Assembly: GCA_000165425.1 (NCBI GenBank)
Contig: CT867986.1
Location: forward strand, 310,001-374,000
Origin: Paramecium tetraurelia
Lineage: Eukaryota
Direction of reading: 5' to 3'
Length of the DNA stretch: 64,000 nt
The notes under the pieces were generated by a model, which saw only the letters and a list, made by a program, of their open reading frames with translations, made no database searches and was not told the DNA's origin. Below are positions 29,539 to 41,607 of the stretch, piece after piece. The position numbers and the translations under genes were made by a program. Position 1 is the stretch's first letter. Every line of letters begins with the position of its first letter.

Positions 29539-31049
29539 TCAATAGTTTGAATCCAATTATTTTGTATCTATCCTAACTTCTATATTTTTGTCATCTACGT
29601 TTTAATTAGTCGAACCTTTTTAATTATTTGAAATGAGATTCCCTCTAGCATACTATAATCTTTATTATGTGTAATTAAATCTTGTATAAGTGTTTCTATA
29701 GGATAGTTATTAATTCTAATCAACTTTAATACCTTCATTGGTTGATTATTCTCTTGAGTGAGTTTAAGATTAAGTAGATTCAATAGGAAATTTATTATTG
29801 TTCAGTATTGGGGAAATTGGAAGAGAATTTATTTGTGTATTTAGAGAAACATTATCATTAATAGATCGTTTATTTGTCTATTGTGCTGATGTAACAGTGC
29901 CTACTTTGACAATTTCTGGGGTTCCATTACTAGTTGATTCTTCAGAGAGCGGAGAAGCTTAGAATTTTTTATTTTGATCTTAATTATCTATTCTATTATT
30001 TTACTAGTTTGGGTTGTTAAGTTATTCGTTATTTTATTAAGTTGTAACCTGTTAATTCAACATTGCTTATTATTCATTTCTTCTCTGCTAAGCTCTTTAA
30101 GAATATAATGTTGTTTTGGAATGTTAATATGTGCGAGCAGTGTATGGTTATTGAACATCTATATTCTTTGATTCTTAAACTTTTTATAGAGAGGGTGTAG
30201 TCTAAATTGGTGTTGCATTCTATGTAGGTAATAATTGCTCATTATTTTACTTGAGGATGTTTGGTTCTGGGTTTTTCTTTTGTTCAAATATGCTCATTTT
30301 TTTAAAAGATTTTTATCGTTCAACTTGTTTGGTATAACTAGTAAAATTATAGTTTTAATTATGTAGTTTTTTATCTGCTTCCGAAATTTCACCACTGTTT
30401 ACCTCAAAGGACCTTTGCTCTATGCAACCCATGATTTTAGTGTGTCTTCTAAATTCTTTCATGCATGATTGTAGATCATCAATAAGGTATTCTCTTGAAA
30501 CTATTGAAAATCCTTTGACTTATTAGAAGAACGTATTCAAGGTAGAAGTAGATTTTGGGGTTTCTTAATATATTATTTAATGAATACTTTTCAATTTATC
30601 AATTCCAAATTTGAGAGGCGTTGATGTGTCTTCTGTTTGGCCTTCAATTTATTCAACATTGTTATTTTTTTCTTTTAATTCACCATACTTGTGACCAGAC
30701 TTCTTTATTATTAAGTCTTTATTAGGAAGGTCTAATTTGTTATGGAGTTTTACATACTTAACCTAAAATATGATTCTGGCTAGAACAGCTCATGATCTGT
30801 TTGTTTTGTTTTGGTTGGAGATTTTGATTTTTCCTCCTCTTAACCATTCTAATTAGAGGGTTTCATATGGCCTATTTTGAAGTTTTAAATAAACAAACAA
30901 ACATCCGAAATTGTCTTTGCTTGGTCTTGAAGGAGTTTTATGAGCAATTAGCATTTTTATTATGTAATTGACATCGGATCTGATATCGAAGGCAGTAATT
31001 TTTCAATGAATTCAATAAAGGCTACTTTTAATGACAATATATCAGCCAT
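29539..31049 (-). CDS. Hypothetical Q/S/N-rich protein
   Basis: MADILSLKVAFIEFIEKLLPSISDPMSITQQKCQLLIKLLQDQAKTISDVCLFIQNF...; ends QLDSNY-TGA. Confidence 0.65.
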
Positions 31050-31064
31050 TTTTAATTAATTATA

Positions 31065-32369
31065 ATGAACAACTTCGAATAAGACTTCTATTAATTTGTT
31101 AAAGATTAATTAGCCAAAAAGAGAAAGTAAAAGGACTCTTCCCCTAATACTCCACAAGATGAAACTGATGAAATGGAAAGTAACTCATATTGATTTTATA
31201 AAGAAAATAGATTGTTCAATTAAAATGTCAGTAAAGTGTTGCAACAAGAGAGAAAGAAAATGAGAATCAATAAAGTTACAAGGGAGTAGTTGTTCGATAG
31301 AAGGTTTAAAGAATTTGCCAATATGGATACCTTTCTTGACATTAAATAGTTTCTCAAACATTTAAGCAATTAGAAGATAGCCAAAGCAGAAAAAAAAAAG
31401 AAGTTAAAAACTCTAAAGAAAATAGATTCAGATAGTGAAAATGATGATTTATTTGATTATGCTGAAATCATACAAAAGAGCAAGTAAATTGTTGAGAAAA
31501 GTACAGTTATAAGGCATTCACCTGACATTAAAGGATACTTGATATAGGAGGACTAACAAAATTCACCAAAAAATGATATAGAGGAACTCAAAACAGAAGA
31601 TGACAAATTTTATAATGGAATCGATTAACTCTTTGTTGATATCAAGACTAAATCTGAATAATTAGCATTATAAAAAAAATATGAGTAAGAAAGAAGAAAT
31701 TGCAAAAGATCATTCTAAATGATTAGATTACCTCAAAAACATATAGAAGAAAATCTTTAAGAAAAAGAGAGAATGGACGAATTGATATCTAAATAAGCTA
31801 AGCAATTTAAGTAATAAACTGAAAAGGTTCTATCATTACTTGAAAAAACAACAAAGCAATTATACAATAATAAATAGAAAAAAGGACCCCAAAGATATAT
31901 AAAAAAGAAGAAGAAGTTAACAGAACCAATTTAATAACTGTCAGATATTAGTGAATAGAGAACAACTTTCCATCAACTTTATCCTGAAACTTCTCGAAGT
32001 ACTAACAAACTTCCATAGCTATCTCCCAATGCATCCAAAATCTATTCTCATAGAACCTTTTTAAGTTAAGCTGTTTTTCCTGATTCGAGGAAGATAAGTC
32101 AGATTACTGAGAGAGAGGAACCTTAGGCTAAGATAAAGAATCAATTTAAACAGTTCATTTAAAAAATAGACAGGGCTAAAGCATCTTTTGATAAATCATA
32201 TTAGAATGACAAGGAGTTGTTGTAAATTTAATAAAGAATAATAAAAAATATGAATAAAATAGGAGAGATTCCATTGGAGAGTTTAAAAATACTTAATAAA
32301 AAAGAATTTGAGATTAGCAATCTGAAGTAGAGTAAATTTAAAAAACTAAGGCCTATGCAAATTTTATGA
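31065..32369 (+). CDS. Hypothetical charged coiled-coil protein
   Basis: MNNFEQDFYQFVKDQLAKKRKQKDSSPNTPQDETDEME...; long code-6 open frame ending KLRPMQIL-TGA. Confidence 0.7.
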
Positions 32370-32611
32370 TTTTTCAAAATAAAATACAATTTATGAATTT
32401 TCTTTACTATTTTTAAGGGTTTGAATTAAATGTTATATTTTTATAATTCTAACGTCTGAAATGTGAATAATTAAAGGGTACTCTATATATTTAAGGTGTC
32501 TATTCATATCAAGAAACATGATTAATTGCATTGCCCATCACATTTGAGTGAAATTTATAAAATAGGTAAGATGAATTTAATTGTAAATGAATTATTTGTT
32601 TAACTAATATT

Positions 32612-32951
32612 TCATCCGAATTGTATTTATGAACGACCTCCAGGTGGATTCTTAACTTTGACTGATGTGTGGGTCCCTAAAAAATATTCAAAATATGAAA
32701 AACCTTAATCCTATTATTATTATTGTTGCTATTGTTGCTATTATTGCTATCCTTTTTGAGGAGCAGGGTCTCCTCCAAGAGTAAATTGACTAGCATTAGG
32801 GTCTCTTACAACTCGTTTTTATTGAGGAGCAGGCTCATCAGAGCCCTGAATAAGAATTCAAAAATACAAATGAGATGGATGAATTACCACCTGGTGCTTA
32901 TGTGGTTTTAGTTGATGGCTTTGAAAGTGAATACCCTTAGATATTGTTCAT
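32612..32951 (-). CDS. About 96-aa PGG-motif protein (Jupiter/HN1/SPIRAL1-like, putative microtubule-associated)
   Basis: Two terminal motifs, KPSTKTTQAPGGNSSISFG and HTSVKVKNPPGGRSQIQFG-TGA, flank a poly-Gln linker. Introns at 32846-32867 and 32677-32703. Confidence 0.8.
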
Positions 32952-33089
32952 TATTTAAATAATTAATGATTATACATTCACTTCATATTAAATATATAAA
33001 GTCATCAAATATCTTAAAATGTATTGAGTTAATTCAAATTATCCCATTATCACTAATTTATATTATTTTAAGCTGTTATAAATTATATT

Positions 33090-34471
33090 ATGTATACTAT
33101 CAATAACCATTTGCATAGAAAAACATCATCAAACATCAAAAGCAATGAGGTACAAAAATACAACTATCCCAAATAACATCATAAATATTCCAATACTCAA
33201 CTAATGTAGAAATTGGCAGGTCTGTAAGTACTTAAGAAATTAATAACAGGACCATCCAAATCATTAAATCACAATAACTCTAAGACCAGAATACGTACAG
33301 AGGGGAACGAGAAGCAATTTAAAGGTCAAATGTCAATCTCGCCAAAAAAAGAGAAAGAAAAGGAACAATCTGCTTCACCTCCTTAAAGAAATTCTCATGC
33401 TTAAGTTAATGTTATTTCGAACCTAATAAATTAAAATTTGAATCATACTGAATATAAACGATTAACCAGAGAGCAGAGAAATCAAAGTGCAGATTTTCAA
33501 GCACTTTTATCGCAATAACGGAACGAGAATGGCAATTTGAAGAATAGTACAAAAAAGAAATTCAATTCTTATGGAAATTTGAATGAATAAGTATATTTCT
33601 CATAGAGAAGTGGATTGTCTGAGTGCCCATCTGCTTTACAACTCATTCAAAACACTATTGATTAAAAACTCATGGGATTAAAGGGATCTGCATCTATGAA
33701 GTAGTTTCCCTCTCCTCCAACTATAAAACTATAACAATAATAACAAATAACAACCCAAGAATTCAAAGAGAAATTAAGCAACTTAAGTAGAGATTTAAGG
33801 TAAAATAAAATTTAAATTGAAGATGAATTGCTAAAGACATAAAAGAAATAGAATTAAAAATGTGTCACTCGATATGATAATAAAGAAGGGGAAAAGTAAC
33901 AAAGGGAGAACATATCGCAGAGAAGTAAATCAGTTGACTCCTAATCTTCTTTATTGGAAAATTTAAAATAACGTTATGAGTGTGATGAAACACAAAAATT
34001 GAATTACTATCAGACTTAAGCAGATGATGAGTATAGAGGCAACCAATAAACTTATATCAAACAAAGAAAATTGGAAAGCAAGATAGATCAATTAGTAGTT
34101 TAAGTTCAATTATTAAAAAAGAAATCTGAATAGTTAGAATTGTAAAATAAGTTTCTGTTTGAAAATCTAACTAAATTTCAACAAGAAACAGATTGCAGTA
34201 CAGATGTATTATATTTGTGTAATAATTGTAGGAGAGAAACCTTTTGATGAATAAATTAGATTAAATGATAGGAATGTAAAAACGGTAGGAAGAGAATCTT
34301 AATTTCTTTAAATAGATCTTTGCCAAAGGATATGATCAATCTCGAAGAATAAAAACTGAGTAACATCAGTAATAAGTAGAAGAAGAAAATATGAAGATAA
34401 ATTAGAAAACAGAATCTAAATAACGACCTTTTGTCAAGTCCGCTTATTAAGGACTAGATTTTAACATTTGA
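33090..34471 (+). CDS. Hypothetical protein with C-terminal coiled coil
   Basis: MYTINNHLHRKTSSNIKSNE...; later KLESKIDQLVVQVQLLKKKSEQLELQNKFLFENL; ends QGLDFNI-TGA. Confidence 0.65.
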
Positions 34472-34547
34472 AAAAACTATTTATAATAATAAACAATATT
34501 TCCCCAGTCCATAATATATTTTGATAATTTCAAATGATTAATATAAA

Positions 34548-34700
34548 TCATTTCTTCATAAACCCAAACAAACTTTTTTTTTCTGGTTGTTGCTATTAAG
34601 CTTAGGTTTATTATTGTTATTGAGCCTAAAAGTTTATAAGATTAATAAATTACAGGAGGAGGTCCTTATTATTAAGCAGCTGGTTGAGCAGTTGCAGTTG

Positions 34701-34754
<54 letters not shown>

Positions 34755-37228
34755 ATGGATAATTATTTTAAGGTTATTGATTTTATTGGGTAGGTTGAGT
34801 TTGAGGTTGAGTTCCTTTTTATTATGGTTATGTAGGGGATGGTTGTTGTCTGCTTGAATCTGGCTACTGAGTAGTGGTTCTATTTACAATAGGATCATTA
34901 GGTCTTTAAGGAGGTTATTCTTAATCTCTTATCACATCTGTTCTTTGATTGGATATTTAAGTATTAGTTGTCTAAGTTTTATTTTATTAATTATTATTTG
35001 TAGTTACTTATTATTATTAAGTTTATAATTTTGTTGTTGTTGTTGCTTATTATTATTATTAAGGTGCTTATAATGACTATTAATATATTTAAATATCTTA
35101 CTTATTATTTATTCTATTAATTAGATGAAGAACTAGTTTATTATTTTTATTTTTATATATATTATTAATCTTCCTATTCTTCTGTTGCTGATAAAATATA
35201 TTCTGATAGACTAAATAATAATTTTTTATATTTACTCAGGATCTCTTTTAATTATCTTTTGTGCATTTTTGAATGTCTCTATTTCCCTATTTAATTTCTT
35301 TCTCTCTTCGACTACGTTCTAATCTTCACTTATAACAGACAGAATGGTTTAGTTTTGCATTAAGTTTGATTACAATTATCTCAACATTTGATTCTATAGA
35401 ATAGACATTATATAAATACTTAGCATCCTTTAACTAAAAAGTATCCAATAAGTTTTGGAATGTTGTCTCTAGTAGCTCTGACTACCAATTTGAAATAATG
35501 TTCTATTTTGTTTCTTAATTCTAAAACCATAGGATTTCCTTTTTGTTAATCAGCCTTTGATTCCTTGCCAAATTTGATGAAAGGCTTGCCACTTAAATAA
35601 TTGAAATCATTCGTGAATATGTAATTTTATTCTGCATCAAGAACATCAGTAATAGAATCATAGGCATTCTTTTTACATTCATGAATCACTTCCATAATTT
35701 AATCTTATAGCATTTTGTAAACAGAAGGCAATCTATAAAATATAAATAGTCATATACTATTGTAATTGACTTTCTAAAATAGTGGTTGCATATTATTCTA
35801 GGATCTAAAATGCTTGTTCAAGAGTTTCATAAGCCGGAGCATATAATTTCTTTAATTCTGGATTCAAAAGGGCATAGAATGCATCCACAGGTAAAAACCC
35901 AGGAATAGATTATGCCTAATATTTTTAAATGACTTAGAGAATGTCCTCATCCTTAAATTTCTTTAAAGCACAATGGTCTAATTGACTGTAGTCATCATAT
36001 AAATCCTTGAAAAGCAATTTAATTGATGACCCAGCTGGCACTTGTAAACTCTTGATATTAGCCTTTTGCTTTTCATATTGTCCTGAGATAGAATTTCTAA
36101 AACGAACTGAAAACTCATGGATGAGTTGCCAAATAAAATGTAATTTATCCTAAATAATGTTATAGAATAAAATTACAGAATCTTCAATAGGCAATCCAGG
36201 TCCCAAAATGTCAAGTCTATTCTGCACTTTAGAAATCCTTTAATTAATTTCCTACATTAAAGTAGGCAAGAAACTTCGGATTCTTCTATATAGAATTCTA
36301 GTTAATTTGCCTGTCAACACTTGAGTACCAAATATATCTCCAGGAATGGAAGAATAAACAGGATGATTGGCAAAGAAGTTCTTTTCTCTCTGAACAGCTT
36401 ACACAATGGGAACACTATCCTTAATTTCTTATTGGGATCTCAACTTCACTCCCACATAACCATATTTGAGGGGTACTTCCTCTCCTTTCAACATTTTAAT
36501 TGCATTAGTTCCTTAATCCATAATATCTATTTTTGTTAAGACTCCTACAGTTCTGATGCCATCTGGATCCAACTTCTTAGCCAATAATAGTGCATCTGAT
36601 GTTGTCATATCAGCATTAGCTGCAACAACACATAAAATGATAGCTGATGGATCTTCGCAATATCTCTTAGCCATGTTGGTTGTGATTTATTCAATATCTT
36701 TAGGTTAATCCATAATTGGTATTCTTGTAATTCCAGGTAAGTCTATATTACATAGATTCTTTTATCGTTACCAACAAGGGTTAGATCTGGACAATTAGGT
36801 CCAGTCACTGCCAAAATGATTGGTTTGTCAATGATGTTTTTGCTTGATCCACACACCTTGTCAGTTAATTCTTCGATGCTCTTTCTGACTTCTTCAAAAT
36901 TGGTATATTTCTTGCCTTTGATTTCCTCTACGAATTCAGCTGTTGGTTAAGCACACACACTTTAAGGTGAATAAGACAGACGCAATTCCAACGGTCTTCT
37001 TGTGACAACACCCTATTTATCAAATCATAACATTACAGATCCTCTTGGTAAGAAATCAATTCCAACAATATGTTCCAACAATGAAGACTTACCTGCAGAT
37101 TGGATACCAAGGACAACGATTCGAGGTAATTTTATGTAATCATTAAGTCCTATATCACGTAATTGATCAACTAAAGTAATCACTTTTCTTAAGTTTCCCA
37201 ACAAACTCGTTTATGACTCTTATGACAT
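34548..37228 (-). CDS. Dynamin-related GTPase with a long Q/P/N-rich C-terminal tail
   Basis: [41 protein letters not shown] (G1/G2), DLPGITR (G3), TKID (G4), then middle domain and GED-like region; ends [15 protein letters not shown]. Confidence 0.95.
34705..34752. repeat. (ATT)16 microsatellite encoding poly-Asn in the dynamin tail
   Basis: Perfect trinucleotide run; the minus-strand frame reads YPL-(N)16-KTTATAQP. Confidence 0.9.
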
Positions 37229-38160
37229 AAATAATTAAATAATGTGTATAAAATTTTAATTCTATATTCTCATCATTATTTAAATTTCATAATTCTTTTT
37301 AATACCTAAATCAAATAAATTTTATTTCTTACCTTTATCTCTATGTTAATTATAGTAGTTATTATCTAGAATATTAAGTGATAATAAATTAATTTTTATG
37401 AAATATTGTAATACTTATATCCATAGAATTGAAATTTTCTACAATTAAGAATGCATTGATTAGTAAAATATCAAATATCTTATTTCAAAGTAATTTGTAA
37501 CTAATAGTATCATTCAATACAAATGAATATATTTTAATGGAGTTCTAAAATACCATAAAAAAGATAAAGAAACGAATAACTTGAATTATAATTATTAATG
37601 AGAAATTAAGCAATAAATTAACTAACTGGAATTAATGCTAAAAATTATTCTAGTGGGAAATGATAACCATATTTTATTTTTTGATTCTCTCAATAAAATT
37701 TACTCATATTCTTATTAAAAAGAGCAGCTAAAATAAATTTATTTCTTAAACCTCTATTATTTTTAAGAAAAATTCATGAGAAATATGGACAAATAGACTA
37801 AATTGATATAGATTCATTTAGGTCAATCATTCTAAAGTTCTTGTAAATTTTGAAATACTAAAACGATTTTGAAGTTTTGATCATTTTGCTGGCGTTTTTC
37901 AAATTTTACAATCAAAAAAAGATTATATAATTTTTTATGTGATTTAAGTAGGATTGAACTTAATTGCTATCAAATTATATAATCTTTAATATTAAGAGTT
38001 ACAATAAAACAAATTCTTTAATTATAATATTTATTATGAATTGAAAGGAATTAAAACTTTTATATTATAAATTTAATTAAGAATTTTTATTTTATATTTG
38101 TAACTTCACTTATGATAATTTTTTATCTACTTTATTCTCTTTTTTCATTATTTATTTAAA

Positions 38161-39510
38161 ATGTCTGCCTTCAATAAGTATTATTCGATCCTTGAATCCA
38201 ACAAGGATATTAAATAACAATATAAGCAAAATAATCCAGAAGATGAAATTCCAGAAAAAAGCAAATAAATTTAGGAAATGAATAATCCCATCGATATTAG
38301 GTATGGATATCAAGACAAAAGCTCCCTGCTTTTCTAAATTAATAAAAAATTTCCAAATTAACCTGATTTCAAAATTGGAGTGGATTTAATATATTTAATA
38401 GACATTAGTTAATCATTAAATGATGAGTCCTTAGAAAAAATCAAATCGGCCTTAAAGTGCTTAGTTAATTACTTAAGTGATTAAGATAGATTATGCATTG
38501 TTACTTATAGCAATAAAGCTTGTTAACTATTTCCATTAATTCCTCTCAGTGAAAAAAATAAACTGAAGATAATTAAAAAAATTGAATAGATCACTATAAA
38601 GAAAGAAAATTCTAATATTTACAGTGCTCTTTAAATTACTCTCTTGTCTTTGGAATTAAGACAATTTAAAAACGAAATTACCAATGTCAATATAATCAGT
38701 TAAGACTAAGATTTAAGAAAGTATAGCAACGATTTCAAAGAGGCCTTTTAAAATGAATAGGCTTTTAAATTGAAAGTCTTTTTGTTGTTTTCTTAAGACC
38801 TGATTTAGTTTTGTTAGAAAAAGAAAAGGGAAAGTCAAAAATTTGGACGATATCACATAATGAAGAAGTTCGATTAATTATCCTCATTACTATGTTTCGA
38901 AACCTTGAAACTTCAATAGACTGTTATTTTGAATCTAGAAATAAGAGTGAAGACTCATTAAAATAATCCAATTTAAATATCAGAATGTAGTGGTGGTAAA
39001 TTCATTTATGTTAGCCCATATGAAATTCGAATCAAAAAGAAATTGGTTTCTATTGGGTAAAACAAACCTCATTTGATCGGCATTGGAAATATTCCCAAGT
39101 CTGAGGGTGGTGAAATTTGTAATATAGAAGTATCTTTCTAACAAATACATTCTAATCATCACTAAAATTACGACATTCCAATCTATGCATAATCTCAGAA
39201 AAACAATATTTTAGATGAAACTGTTATGGTTCAAATATATAAGCTGAAATCTCGAAGTCAAATGAATGAGGCTATGCTATACTACGATCCATATAGAATT
39301 TAAGATTGCATTGAAATTCTACAAATGTTCCAATCTGAAGTAGCAGATCTACCTGATGGAATAAAACAATAGTTAAATGTTGAAATGCAATAATTTGAAC
39401 TAGCCCTATCTTAATACAAGCACAATCCAGCCTAATAGATAGAAAATCCATTTACTAAAATAGACTAATAGAGTAAGATTCTAAAGCTCAAAGTTTTTGA
39501 TAAGCTTTGA
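38161..39510 (+). CDS. von Willebrand factor A domain protein
   Basis: GVDLIYLIDISQSL (DxSxS MIDAS-like), LEKIKSALKCLVNYLSDQDRLCIVTYSN; 1350-nt uninterrupted code-6 frame. Confidence 0.85.
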
Positions 39511-39751
39511 TTAAATTCTTTTTATTGTTTGCTTTCTATTTATAAATTTTAAAATCTTAGATGTATTAAAACAAATAATCCTATAAATTCATTTGATATT
39601 AATTACTCTTAAAACAGAAGCATTACCAAAATATCCAAATGGATCTTTATGTTTTATTGGTAATATCTAATTATAGATTGTTGATAAGAAAACATAAATT
39701 TTATTGCAATATATACAGAAATAAATTTATCATAATATAATATCAAAAACA

Positions 39752-40660
39752 ATGTCAGCTTCTAAATTGATGTACTCATCTCCTGGACCTAAGAGTTAAT
39801 CTGCTGTTTCATACGGTGGCGAGAGAGACAGGGCACTTTCTCCAAGCAGAGCCAAGATCTCCTAATTAAATGAAAAGCTCTCTAACCTATAGCATTCCAT
39901 TAATGAGGACTAAGCAGTATTTCTATATATCTAACAATTTTATATAGATCAAGAAAGAAACATTCGAGTAGAAAGTTAAAATCTTGGAGGATAAAGTTAC
40001 TAAATAATAATAGAGCGATGAATCTAAATTCAAGTTACTGAAGGAATAATTATCAAAGGTAGAGGAAGGGGCATAAAATGAGAAAATAATTAGAGAGGTA
40101 TATTTAAATTAGAGGATTAATAGAGTGGTGATGAGAAATTGAGAACAAAAGATTTGAAGGGATTGGAAGCCTATTTAGGTAAAGAATTGTAAGGAGAGAA
40201 AGTGAATAGGAAAGATCATGAATAAAAGATCATTAAAAACACTGACGATAGAGTCTATAGTTTAAGATTGGATTTGGCTAGGTAAAAGAAATATAGAGAG
40301 GAAACAGAAGAAAAGAACGCTTAAGAAATTGGGGATAGAGTTTTATAATTATAAGAAGAAGTTGAAGAGGAAAGAAGATAGAGGTATATCAGTTTATTTA
40401 TTCAACTTAGAGAAGAATAGAACTAACAAACTATCAAGAGATTGGGGGACTCAATACTGAAATTATAGGAGATCTTAACCACTGAGAAAAAGTAGAGAGA
40501 AATTGCTTAGGCTTAGATGTTTAGAATGTTGGATGAAATGAATGCATATTTGAATGGTGAATTGAATGCTGAAAAAAATGAGAGGGAAGCTACTGAAGAA
40601 ACTATCATCAACCTCATTGATTAAACATGTAATAGAGTGGAGAATTCATTAAGAAAATGA
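39752..40660 (+). CDS. Striated fiber assemblin (SF-assemblin/beta-giardin family; kinetodesmal fibre protein)
   Basis: Short S/P-rich head, then coiled-coil rod with repeated E-x-x-x-R-E motifs; ends EKNEREATEETIINLIDQTCNRVENSLRK-TGA; three short introns. Confidence 0.85.
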
Positions 40661-40724
40661 ACTATATAATAAAGTAAAAACAAAATATTTATTTTTTTAA
40701 ATAAATATAAAAAGAGTTGTCCAA

Positions 40725-41208
40725 ATGGAAGAGGAAAATAGTTTTAAAGATAGTTTCAATGATGAACTCACCAATACAAGATCTCCAAAATCCAAAAAAA
40801 TCAAAAAAATTGATTCTCCTACACATAAAAAAAATGTAGGACATTGGACAAAGGAGGAGCATGAAAAATATCTATAATTCTTGGAGGACAACATTTAAAT
40901 GAAGAAAAATAACAAAATCTTCAAACCAATGTCAGAAATTATTGGTACTCGTTCTCCAAGTTAATGCAGGTACATAATTATAAAGAATTAGATCTCATCA
41001 TCAAAAATTTAATCCATCATCCCCTCTAACCTAGAGGAAATCTAGTAAAATAATTAGTGTTTCCAATTAAGCAATGCCAGCAATGACCTTGTAAGAAGAA
41101 ACAAACGTGAACTTGGAAGATGAAATATAAAGTAGTAATAGGATAAAACTCATGTTTTTTGATGAAGACGATATGGTTCAGCAAAATTTTAATTTAGATG
41201 ATTTATGA
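40725..41208 (+). CDS. Single-repeat Myb (SHAQKY-type) DNA-binding protein
   Basis: GHWTKEEHEKYLQFL...MSEIIGTRSPSQCRSHHQKF; one intron near 40970-40991. Confidence 0.9.
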
Positions 41209-41607
41209 TCATTATAAATTATAAGCTATTTTTAAATAAAAATAGTGCATACTTAAATCTCAATATCATCTACTCTATATTTTATGCTAATATATTACAA
41301 AGCCTAATTTATGCTCAAAATGAGTTGAATTCATCTTTATAGTATATAATATATATCTATATTTGCTTATATCAAATCCCTAAGGCATTCTTATAGGTGA
41401 ATAAACAAGAAAATTAATTTTGTTATAAGATTCTAATATTTAATTAAATTTAATTTATTCCATCTAAAATAAATTATGACTATCAGATTATGATTTAAAT
41501 TTGATTCAAGTTAGAAAATGGGCATTCTGATTAAATAAAAAGTCTAAATGATTTTAGAATTGAGATTTAATAGTCAAATATAGTTCATAAATTACTAAAT
41601 AATAATG

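Noticed and set aside
34587..34793. Plus-strand ORF with a poly-Tyr run
   Set aside because: Antisense reading of the (AAT)16 poly-Asn tract in the dynamin gene.
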